Source: an uncultured Anaerolineales bacterium (GTDB lineage: Bacteria > Chloroflexota > Anaerolineae > B4-G1 > SLSP01). Taken from it: a DNA stretch of 64,000 nt. Where the stretch lies: NCBI GenBank assembly GCA_964508025.1, contig CAZDSF010000009.1, positions 7,310 to 71,309 of the forward strand, read 5' to 3'. The notes beneath the pieces are model-generated. The model was given only the letters and a program-made list of their open reading frames with translations. It had not been told where the DNA came from and did not search any database. The translations under genes were made by a program, and so were the position numbers. This document shows, in pieces, positions 47,918 to 55,799 of this stretch; within the stretch, counting starts at the first letter, position 1; each line of letters starts with the position of its first letter.

Positions 47918-48002
47918 ATAGTTCGTAGAGAGCAGTGAGCCGTTGCGGCGCCGGAACTACTCACTGCTCACCGCTCACCCATTACTACTTTGAGGAGGAA
48001 CC
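47918..48002 (+). promoter_or_regulatory. Copy D of the recurrent 5' leader element
   Basis: TAGTTCGTAGAGAGCAGTGAGCCGTTGCGGCGCCGGAACTACTCACTGCTCACCGCTCACCCATTACTACTTTGAGGAGG, before the ATG at 48003. Confidence 0.5.
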
Positions 48003-49190
48003 ATGACCGAAACTAAACTACGCTGGATCGAAGACGAACTGACCGCGCTCAAAGAGCAAAGCCTGTTCATCAACTTGCGCACCATCGAATCCCCCGCCGG
48101 GGCGTGGATGGTGGTGGACGGCAAGCGCGTGCTCAATCTATGTACCAACAACTACCTGGGATTGGCGAACGACCCCCGGCTGATCGCGGCGGCCAAAGAT
48201 GCGCTGGATCGCTTCGGCGCAGGGCCGACGGCGGTGCGCTCCATCGCCGGGACGCTCAGCTTGCACCGCGAGCTGGAGCAAGCCATGGCGGACTTCAAGA
48301 ACGTGGAGGACGCGCTCTACGTCCAGGCGGGCTTCCTCGCCAATCAGGCCGCCCTTCCGCCGCTGGTGGGCGCGGAGGATGTGATCTTCTCCGACCGCCT
48401 CAACCACGCCAGCATCATTGATGGCGCGCGCCTCAGCCGCGCCAAGATCATCGTCTACGAGCATTGCGATCCCGCCGACCTGGAAGCCAAGATCCAGGAG
48501 CACCTGCCGCAGTACCGGCGCGGCCTCATGGTGACGGATGGCGTTTTCTCGATGGATGGCGACCTCGCGCCGCTGGACGCGCTTTACGAGGTGTGCGCGC
48601 GCTACGACGTGCTGACGATGGTGGATGACGCGCACGGCGAGGGCGTTGTGGGGCGCGGCGGGCGCGGCATCGTGGATCACTTCGGGCTGCACGGCAAGTT
48701 CGATGTGGAAATCGGCACGTTCTCCAAAGCCTTCGGCGTGGTGGGCGGCGTCATCGCGGGGAAGAAACTCATCGTGGATTACATCCGCCAGAAGGCGCGG
48801 CCCTTCCTCTTCTCCAGCGCCGTCACCCCGGCGGATACCGCCGCGTGTCTGGCGGCGGTCCGCGCCCTCAGCGAATCCACCGAGCTGGTGGATCGCCTGT
48901 GGGAGAACACGCGCTACTTCAAGGGCGAGATGCAACGCCTGGGCTTCGACACGGGCCAGAGCGTCACCCCCATCACGCCGGTCATGCTCGGCGATGTGAA
49001 GCTCGCCAAAGAGTTCAGCCGCCACCTCTTCGAGCGGGGCGTCTTTGCAATGGCGTTAGGCTTCCCCACCGTCCCCAAGGGCCTGGCGCGTATCCGCGTG
49101 ATGGTCTCGGCAGCGCTCTCGCGGGAAGACCTGGACTTCGGCCTGGAACAGTTCGCGGCAGTGGGTCGGGAACTCAGCATCATCAGCTGA
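48003..49190 (+). CDS. kbl: 2-amino-3-ketobutyrate CoA ligase (glycine C-acetyltransferase)
   Basis: Alpha-oxoamine synthase family with the PLP-lysine motif [10 protein letters not shown]; partners tdh. Confidence 0.85.
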   Translation: MTETKLRWIEDELTALKEQSLFINLRTIESPAGAWMVVDGKRVLNLCTNNYLGLANDPRLIAAAKDALDRFGAGPTAVRSIAGTLSLHRELEQAMADFKNVEDALYVQAGFLANQAALPPLVGAEDVIFSDRLNHASIIDGARLSRAKIIVYEHCDPADLEAKIQEHLPQYRRGLMVTDGVFSMDGDLAPLDALYEVCARYDVLTMVDDAHGEGVVGRGGRGIVDHFGLHGKFDVEIGTFSKAFGVVGGVIAGKKLIVDYIRQKARPFLFSSAVTPADTAACLAAVRALSESTELVDRLWENTRYFKGEMQRLGFDTGQSVTPITPVMLGDVKLAKEFSRHLFERGVFAMALGFPTVPKGLARIRVMVSAALSREDLDFGLEQFAAVGRELSIIS

Positions 49191-49223
49191 CCCCAGACAA
49201 CAAATCGTGAACAACGCTGGCAA

Positions 49224-49628
49224 TTGAAGTTCAGTCTGCCTTCGGATATACTGAAGGTGGAGGCGCATATCATGGAAACACAAGCACCGCTGAAAACTGT
49301 AGCGCCCCCTGCCTTGATCCGTGAAATGGCAGATGTAGTGTCGCAAGAAGTGCAGCCTGAAGCCATTGTCCTTTTTGGCTCACACGCCACCGGACAAGCA
49401 CGGCCAGATTCAGATGTGGATTTGCTGGTGATCGAAACGGAACCTTTTGGGGAACACCGCGACCGTCGCCAGGAAATGGCCCGGCTGTAGCGGGTATTGG
49501 CGCGATTTATGGTTGCCAAAGACATTCTGATCTACAGCCGGGACGAGGTAGAACGATGGCGCAATACGCGCAATCACATTATCGCGCGGGCTTTGCGTGA
49601 GGGGAAAGTGCTGTATGGACAAGTATGA
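49224..49628 (+). pseudogene. MNT-type minimal nucleotidyltransferase (TA antitoxin-like) interrupted by an in-frame TAG at 49488-49490
   Basis: N-part LFGSHATGQARPDSDVDLLV (GS...D.D NTase motif). The reading frame continues after the TAG (RVLARFMVAKDILIYSRDEVERWRNTRNH...) to TGA at 49626. Confidence 0.6.
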
Positions 49629-49663
49629 TGATGGTCGGGATGAAGCACAACTAAGCCGCTGAA

Positions 49664-49702
49664 ACAACAAACGACCATGCAACAGGCATGGTCGTTTGTT
49701 GT
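49664..49702. terminator. Perfect 17-bp-stem hairpin between the convergent MNT gene and vapC
   Basis: ACAACAAACGACCATGC-aacag-GCATGGTCGTTTGTTGT. Confidence 0.55.
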
Positions 49703-49717
49703 GGAAGTTTCCCGATA

Positions 49718-50176
49718 CTACTGGTTTAGTATCCAATCCTCCAATAGCACAACCGTAAGTTCCGATGCCAGCCGCACAAGGCCCCGATCGTTGGTGATAA
49801 AAGCCGTTGCGCCCCAGCTCAGCGCCGTTGCGGCTTGCAACGCATCTGCCGGGCGTAATCGGTATAGGGCGCGCAGCCGGGGCGCCTGTTGCGCCACCCC
49901 GCGATGCACGTCTACCAGGGCGAGGTTAGGAAAGCGTGTTAGCACGGCCTCGTAATGTCGCGCGATGTGTGGTTGGTGTAGCTGCCACGGCCGCACGGTC
50001 AGCTCCACCAAAGTCACGGTTGAGGTGCAGGCTATCCAGCGACCTTGCTCGATGCCCTTGAACAATGCTTGCGTCAGTGCTGCATAGCGCGGGTGCTGCT
50101 CCAGGTGATAGATGAACGCGGTAGTATCGAGACCTACCCGCGTGTGGGCGCTCAAGGCGTCGGTAAGGCTTCCCAT
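49718..50176 (-). CDS. vapC: PIN-domain toxin (VapC-like)
   Basis: GLDTTAFIYHLE (Asp1), DALQAATAL, AFITND (PIN acidic residues); overlaps the upstream antitoxin gene. Confidence 0.75.
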   Translation of the reverse strand: MGSLTDALSAHTRVGLDTTAFIYHLEQHPRYAALTQALFKGIEQGRWIACTSTVTLVELTVRPWQLHQPHIARHYEAVLTRFPNLALVDVHRGVAQQAPRLRALYRLRPADALQAATALSWGATAFITNDRGLVRLASELTVVLLEDWILNQ

Positions 50177-50451
50177 GCGTCGCGTTCCTCTTGGATGTAG
50201 GCATCCGTATCCACCCCGGCCCAAATCTCCCGGTGCAGGCCCGCCAGATATTCGGTATATCCTCCGGTAGGAATCTCAACCGCTGCTTGCGCCGATTGTT
50301 GCACCAATGCCTCGTAATGCGCGTAGTCCACCAATACAGCGATGGGCCGCCCGTGTTGGGTGATGTATACCGCCGCTTCTTCCTGCGCCGTTTGGATGAC
50401 CTCAGAAGTCTTGCGGCGCAGCTCGCTGACCGGCATGATTTTCACGCTCAT
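50152..50451 (-). CDS. Phd/YefM-family antitoxin
   Basis: MSVKIMPVSELRRKTSEVIQTAQEEAAVYITQHGRPIAVLVDYAHYEAL (YefM fold). Confidence 0.7.
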   Translation of the reverse strand: MSVKIMPVSELRRKTSEVIQTAQEEAAVYITQHGRPIAVLVDYAHYEALVQQSAQAAVEIPTGGYTEYLAGLHREIWAGVDTDAYIQEERDAWEALPTP

Positions 50452-50477
50452 AGTGTGCTCCTTTTGACGCCGAATTC

Positions 50478-50497
50478 GACATCATATTTGACATCAT
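50478..50497 (-). promoter_or_regulatory. Direct repeat GACATCAT x2 (ATGATGTC on the coding strand) in the phd-vapC promoter region; probable antitoxin operator
   Basis: Coding-strand sequence CAATGATGTCAAATATGATGTCGAAT lies ~30 nt upstream of the RBS. Confidence 0.35.
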
Positions 50498-50537
50498 TGT
50501 ACTGCCAAAACTGGTAGGATGCAACCATCACAGATAA

Positions 50538-50577
50538 CAAAAATCCCCTCAGCCGTGATATCTCAAGGGCTGAGGGG
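50538..50577 (-). terminator. Rho-independent terminator of the RAMP operon (hairpin CCCCTCAGCC...GGCTGAGGGG + TTTTT on the minus strand)
   Basis: The stem-loop is followed by a T-run when read on the minus strand. Confidence 0.6.
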
Positions 50578-50623
50578 ATACTTGAAAATTCGTAGTCAGT
50601 GGTCGGTTGTTCGTCGTCTTTCT

Positions 50624-51655
50624 TCACCGCAGCCGGAACGTCCCGCACCCATAGTGCGTGAAATGCCCCACATGCAAGATCGAAGCGAGCTCCAGGTACG
50701 GGATGAGGTTCTGCGGGATGGGCGCAGCAAAGGTCTGCTCCCCGATCCACGCGCCATACGCGCCGACGGGCGGCTGCTCGAACTTGTGCTTCTTGTGCTG
50801 CTGCGATTGCTCGCGGAGCTGATTGAGCGTCTCCCATAGCGCGGTCTGCTCCGCGGCGGGCAGCAATGCCCACGCTTCATCTTCGCTGATGGGCTTGCCC
50901 GATTGCAGCTGCGCCACCCGCGCCATCAGTGCGCGCAGCAGCCCTTCGAGCGTGGGGACATCGTGCTTGGCGATGGTGCACTTGCGCTGCGGCTCGCGCT
51001 CCAACGGGCGCTCCGGCTTGATGCGCATATCGAACGGCGTGAGCCAGGTGAGCGTTTGCAAGCGAGCATGGCCCTCCGGCGCAAACGCCCACCCTTCAGC
51101 CCACTGCGCGGGGGTGGGGCGGCGGCGGCGCAGATCGAGCTTGCCATCCACCACGAAGGGCCGCCAGCGCGGGCCATGCGCCGCATAAATCGCCTCGATG
51201 CGGAACTGCCCCCAGAAGCCTTTGCTCTCGCCCGCCTGCGGCTGCGTCGCCGCGAGCTCCAGCGCGGGCAACAGCTGCTCCAGGAACAGCCCGTGATCCG
51301 CCGCATCGCCGAGCAGCTTCAGCTCCCACACCACCGGCTCGTTCAGGCCAAAGGTATCCTTCACCGTGTACGGCAACAGCACCGCCTCGATAGGCCAGGG
51401 CGACGTGGGGATGTTGGTGAGCAGGAAATCCTCTTGCGGCGCAGCTTTCGCTTGCGGCCCGAACTCGCGCTCCCACAGTTCCCGCGTCTTGCGCCATTTG
51501 CCGGCCTCGCGCGTGGGCAACATTCCTGCGACGAGTTCGCCCCACACCGCCGAGAGCTCCCGCGTAAAGTTCGGCGCGAGCGTTACCAGGCTGTGCTGTG
51601 TGCGCGCCACAATCAGATAGCGAATCAGGTTGATGGGTTCAGTAAAATTTAACAT
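50624..51655 (-). CDS. RAMP-like protein (Cas6/Cas5-like), 343 aa
   Basis: The C-terminus ends in a glycine-rich loop VGHFTHYGCGTFRLR, the position and form seen in Cas6/Cas5 RAMPs. Translationally coupled (17-nt overlap) to the upstream gene. Confidence 0.4.
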   Translation of the reverse strand: MLNFTEPINLIRYLIVARTQHSLVTLAPNFTRELSAVWGELVAGMLPTREAGKWRKTRELWEREFGPQAKAAPQEDFLLTNIPTSPWPIEAVLLPYTVKDTFGLNEPVVWELKLLGDAADHGLFLEQLLPALELAATQPQAGESKGFWGQFRIEAIYAAHGPRWRPFVVDGKLDLRRRRPTPAQWAEGWAFAPEGHARLQTLTWLTPFDMRIKPERPLEREPQRKCTIAKHDVPTLEGLLRALMARVAQLQSGKPISEDEAWALLPAAEQTALWETLNQLREQSQQHKKHKFEQPPVGAYGAWIGEQTFAAPIPQNLIPYLELASILHVGHFTHYGCGTFRLR

Positions 51656-52505
51656 AATCGCTCAACCGGTAGAGCAGTTCCACTTGCGCCTTCGACCAAC
51701 GGCGGATGCGCCAGGCGTTCAGCATATCCCGCACTTCGGGCTTGATCTGCCCCAGGAAGCGTCCCCAGTAGAACTGCGCCTCGGCGTCGTCGCGCAGCTT
51801 GAGCAGCTCGCGTAGTGCGGCTTGCTCATCGGGCAAGAGCAGCGTGCGGAAAATCGCAGCCATTTCCAGCGTGCTGAGGAAATCCGCCAGCTCGAAGGTT
51901 AACACACCCTCGCGGTCGAACTCTTGCAAGTGGTAGATATAGTGCGGGGCGGCCAGGAAGCGCACGCGCAGGCGATCCGGCGGGAAGCGCGCCTCGTGAT
52001 GGGTCACGCGGATCAGCAACTCATTCATGGGCGTGTGTTTGCCGCTGCTGCCGGGGAAGATTTGGAGCAGCCCCTTGAGCTCTGCGCCGTTGTAGAGCGC
52101 GAGCTCCTGGAGCCAGGGTTGCAGCTGCTTTTGCGGCAATACGGCGAGGAAATGCTGCGCATCGTGAACGTAGATGCGCAGCGTGGTCCCGGCGGGGAAC
52201 GGCGAGCCGCCGCGCAGCTGGCGCGGCAGTTGCGTCACATAGCCCCAGACCAGCGTGACCTGCCGCGCGTGCAGGTAGAGCTGATGCCCCCAGTTCAGGA
52301 TGGTCTTGCAGACTTCGCAGAAGCGTTGTTTTTCCAGGCGCGGATACAGGCCGCAGCGCGCACACGGTTGGTGCAACGCCGAGCGCGGCGGCGCGAGCTC
52401 CCCGCCGCTGGCGGGGAGCTCGGGATGGGCCTCGATGTAGTGTAGCGTCGCCAGCAGCTCCGCGCCGCTACGCGACAAGCGAATCCAATCAAAGGGTTCC
52501 AACAT
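51639..52505 (-). CDS. Hypothetical protein with a CxxC...CxxC zinc ribbon (CARCGLYPRLEKQRFCEVC), ~289 aa
   Basis: ORF lying between the two RAMP genes; 17-nt overlaps at both ends. Confidence 0.45.
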   Translation of the reverse strand: MLEPFDWIRLSRSGAELLATLHYIEAHPELPASGGELAPPRSALHQPCARCGLYPRLEKQRFCEVCKTILNWGHQLYLHARQVTLVWGYVTQLPRQLRGGSPFPAGTTLRIYVHDAQHFLAVLPQKQLQPWLQELALYNGAELKGLLQIFPGSSGKHTPMNELLIRVTHHEARFPPDRLRVRFLAAPHYIYHLQEFDREGVLTFELADFLSTLEMAAIFRTLLLPDEQAALRELLKLRDDAEAQFYWGRFLGQIKPEVRDMLNAWRIRRWSKAQVELLYRLSDYVKFY

Positions 52506-55500
52506 CCAAGGCCTTCTGTAGCTCGACGTAGTGGGCAATGGCGCGCGGCTTGATCCAATCGCCGGTGGTGAGCGGCTGCTGCCAGGTGGCCGGCTCGCCG
52601 CCTGCGTACCGCTTCGACCAATCAATCAAGTAACTCTCCGGCAGGATGTTCAGGCGCAGGCTGCCGAAGCCCAGATAGCGATGGTGGCCCAGCTTGTGCG
52701 CCAGTCCCGGCTCCAGGGCGATGCTCCAGATCAGCCGTTGCAGTTCCACATCCTCCAGATTCCAGAAGCGCACGGTAAAGCGCGCCTTCGCGCCGGGCAG
52801 AATGGCGCGGAAATAGCTGGCTTGCGCCGTATCCGGCGCGAAGCTCTCCAGGGTTTTGGCGATGGGGGCCAGCGGGGCGTGTTGGAACACCCGCCACGTC
52901 TTGGCAATCTGATGGCGCGGGATGGACTTGCCGGTCTCTTGCAGCCACTTTCCCTGTCCCGGCGCGTACAGCCAGCCGGTGTAGGGGTACGGGACCTTGT
53001 ACCACGCCAGCTCCGGCGCAGCATCGAACAACCCAAAGCCGATGACCACGCGCCCCATGAGCGATTGGTTCGTGCCTTTACCTACCCAGCCGAAGAGCGC
53101 ATCCGCCGGGTTGAGCTGGGTGATGTGCGCGCTCTCCTGCGCCGAATCGCTGGCGATGGCGTAGAGGTGGCGGATCATGCCGCGCAGGCTCTTGGCGGGC
53201 AGCGCGTAGGCACGCTCCGCATCGCGGTGGGCGGCCTCCGGCGGGGACATCGAGAAGAAGTCCCAGCCGTTCACCGGGCCATCGGGCAGGCTGGCGCGCT
53301 GCGATGGTTCGCCGCTCTCGCGGATATGCAGCGGCGTGAGCACTTCCGCCTCCACCACGAGCGTCCCGCAGTGACCGCCGAAGGCGCGGTGCGAGACGTA
53401 GCCCTCTTTAGCGGTGGGTGGGACTTGCGCCGAACGGCGCAGCGCGAGCGGCTCGCGGGCGGTCAGCACGGCGGCGGCGGCTGCCCCTTCCAGCTGCAAA
53501 CCCTGCCACGCGCCCTCCGCGTGTACCGCGCGCTCGCCGAACAACGCCTGGGTCATCCCCGCCGGGTTTCCGGTCAACCAGCTGAGCGCCGCAATCTCGG
53601 CCTCAACCCACCCGAAGCCGCTGGTCTTCTCGCCGCCGATGACGATCTCGCCGTTCTGGAAATCCTGTAACAGGTGAAAGAACACCGTGAGCGCGGGCAT
53701 ATCGTCGGGGCGCAAATCCTGCAAATCCAGTTGCATGCGGAACTTGAGCGCCTCGCCGTAAGCGAAGAGGTAATCCGACTTGGCCGCCTCGATGGGCTGG
53801 CCCGTTGCGGGATTCATGCGCACGCCGTCCATCGAGCACCAGGCTTTGGCCGGATCAATCGGGTCGGCCAGGTACGCATCGGAGAAGTAGATCAACCCCG
53901 TTTGCCCCTGCCGCCCAAACAGCAAATCCAGCACGCCCTCGATCTTCTTGGGGTCGCTTTCCAGCGTTTTGAGGATTTGGGACGCGCGGCGGCGGAAGGC
54001 CCCCTTGATGGTGCTGCCCGGCACATAGACTTCCCACGCGCCCTCGCTGCGGTTGGAGGGCGACCAGGTCAGCATCCGCATGAAGACGGTATCGTAGGGT
54101 TTGCCGTACTTGCGCGAGACTTCGCGGTTGAACGGGCCGCCGCTGCGGAAATCCACATGATACGGCTGCGAGAGCTCCTGGCGGGCCTTATCGCGGTAAT
54201 CCTGCAAGAACGCGATGAAGTTGCGGTCGTTGGTGATGCTCTTGCGCAGATTGCGCGCATCGGTCATGTGGCGGTAGCGCACGCGGCGGTGCTCATCCTT
54301 GAAGGTCTGCCACGCCTGCGTGCCCACGCCCTGCGGCGGCGTGCGGCTTTCCCAATCGGCTTCCCTGATTTTGCCCTCCAACAGCATGATTTTGATGTTG
54401 AGATGGGCCTCGCGGTTGGCGATTTCGGCATCAATCCAGGCGTCGCTTTGCAGCAGGTTGACCTGCTGATCCACTTGCTGGTGCAGGCGGGGTAGGATGG
54501 CGGCGCACGCGGGTTTGAGCAGCGCGATGAGCGCGGCTTCGTCGCCCAGCGCCGGCGTGATTTGCGCCTCTAACGCGGGATCGAAGCCCAACGTCTCAGC
54601 TACTTGCGCCCACACATCGGCGGGCAGCGCGTGGCGCGTCTCGCGCTGTGACTCCATCGCCTTGACCAGCCGCCCGGCCATGTTGGCCTTATCGCCCAAC
54701 GCTTCGACAAACGCGGCTTCGGCGGCTTCCTGGCTGGGAAAGGACTTAGCGCACAAGGGCCGCGCCGCGCTGATGACAGCTTTGGCGAGCGCGAACTTGC
54801 CCTTGCTGAGCTTATCGAGCGCTTTTTCCGGCAACACCCACATTTCGACCTCGCCGCTGCCCTGTTCTTGCAGCCAGATAGCGAGCGTGCGCGGCAGATA
54901 CTCGCCCAGCTTGCGCTTCCAGTCATCGGCGTTGAGGATGGGGCCGCCCAGCACCATCTCCAGGCGTTGGCGGATAGCGGCGGGCAGGTCGCGCATCGCC
55001 GCGACAAGCAGCCGCCCTTCGACAGCGGCAAATGAGGGCGTGTCGGGATCAATTTTGCCCCAGTTCCAGCCCACCAGCACCGGGTTGGCCGCATCGAAGG
55101 TTAGCTCGATGTGCAAATGGTTGACATCGGGGTGGATTTTGGGCAGCGCCTTGGGTTTGGGCAGCGGCGTCTCCAGCTCCAGGCGGAGGCGGCCCAGGCC
55201 CTTGCTCTTGCCCGCGCCGAACCAGAAGCGGCCCGCTTCCAGCTCTTGCAGCAGATAGTAGAGCTGCGCCGCGTTTTGGCCCTTGGCAAGCGCATTGTCA
55301 TCCACGTGCAACTCGAAATCGAAGACCGCATTGCGGAAAACGGTCTCCATCTTGTAGTTGGCATTGGCTTCAGCCGACCAGCGATCCTCATCGAGCTTCA
55401 AGCCCATGCGCATATCGAAGAAATGCTCGCGGGTATAGGCGGTTTTGTTGAGTTCACACGTCACCCGCGTGATGAGATTGTTGGGCATGACGCTATCGTA

Positions 55501-55713
55501 CAAACGACGCCACAGCCGGTTAAGCAGGCCAATATTGCGCCCGTCCGCCGTCCCGCCGATGAACGCATCCATCAGCGATTGCGCCGTCCCGCCAATTTCA
55601 CCGGCCAGCGAGACCAAGCGCTGTGTGCCGTCGCCATCGCGGGTAAACAGCGTCTTGCGGGCATTCCCACGGTAAATGGGGGATTCTGCGATCAAACGTC
55701 CTTTGATCAGCAT
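52489..55713 (-). CDS. Triple-RAMP (Cas7-like x3) fusion protein with a ~360-aa helical insertion (1074 aa); gRAMP/Cas7-11-like architecture, no CRISPR array nearby
   Basis: Domain 1 (res 3-180): IKGRLIAESPIYRGNA and G-loop FGAGKSKGLGRLRLE. Domain 2 (res 545-710): VYVPGSTIKGAFRRR, LLFGRQGQTGLIYFSDAYL, G-loop IGGEKTSGFGWVE. Domain 3 (res 783-1025): TLVVEAEVLTPLHI, LPAKSLRGMIRHL, ALFGWVGKG...VVIGFG, G-loop GHHRYLGFGSLRLN. Confidence 0.6.
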   Translation of the reverse strand: MLIKGRLIAESPIYRGNARKTLFTRDGDGTQRLVSLAGEIGGTAQSLMDAFIGGTADGRNIGLLNRLWRRLYDSVMPNNLITRVTCELNKTAYTREHFFDMRMGLKLDEDRWSAEANANYKMETVFRNAVFDFELHVDDNALAKGQNAAQLYYLLQELEAGRFWFGAGKSKGLGRLRLELETPLPKPKALPKIHPDVNHLHIELTFDAANPVLVGWNWGKIDPDTPSFAAVEGRLLVAAMRDLPAAIRQRLEMVLGGPILNADDWKRKLGEYLPRTLAIWLQEQGSGEVEMWVLPEKALDKLSKGKFALAKAVISAARPLCAKSFPSQEAAEAAFVEALGDKANMAGRLVKAMESQRETRHALPADVWAQVAETLGFDPALEAQITPALGDEAALIALLKPACAAILPRLHQQVDQQVNLLQSDAWIDAEIANREAHLNIKIMLLEGKIREADWESRTPPQGVGTQAWQTFKDEHRRVRYRHMTDARNLRKSITNDRNFIAFLQDYRDKARQELSQPYHVDFRSGGPFNREVSRKYGKPYDTVFMRMLTWSPSNRSEGAWEVYVPGSTIKGAFRRRASQILKTLESDPKKIEGVLDLLFGRQGQTGLIYFSDAYLADPIDPAKAWCSMDGVRMNPATGQPIEAAKSDYLFAYGEALKFRMQLDLQDLRPDDMPALTVFFHLLQDFQNGEIVIGGEKTSGFGWVEAEIAALSWLTGNPAGMTQALFGERAVHAEGAWQGLQLEGAAAAAVLTAREPLALRRSAQVPPTAKEGYVSHRAFGGHCGTLVVEAEVLTPLHIRESGEPSQRASLPDGPVNGWDFFSMSPPEAAHRDAERAYALPAKSLRGMIRHLYAIASDSAQESAHITQLNPADALFGWVGKGTNQSLMGRVVIGFGLFDAAPELAWYKVPYPYTGWLYAPGQGKWLQETGKSIPRHQIAKTWRVFQHAPLAPIAKTLESFAPDTAQASYFRAILPGAKARFTVRFWNLEDVELQRLIWSIALEPGLAHKLGHHRYLGFGSLRLNILPESYLIDWSKRYAGGEPATWQQPLTTGDWIKPRAIAHYVELQKALDVGTL

Positions 55714-55756
55714 CGGGTTCCTCCTTAGATGTCAGAAAATCAATCACGATACTGCA

Positions 55757-55785
55757 ATTATATCGGAGATAAAGAAGATAGACAA
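55757..55785 (-). promoter_or_regulatory. Sigma70-like promoter TTGTCT-N17-TATAAT for the RAMP operon
   Basis: Minus-strand read ...TTGTCTATCTTCTTTATCTCCGATATAATTGCAG...; ~40 nt upstream of the RBS AAGGAGG. Confidence 0.45.
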
Positions 55786-55799
55786 CCCAAACCCAGCCG

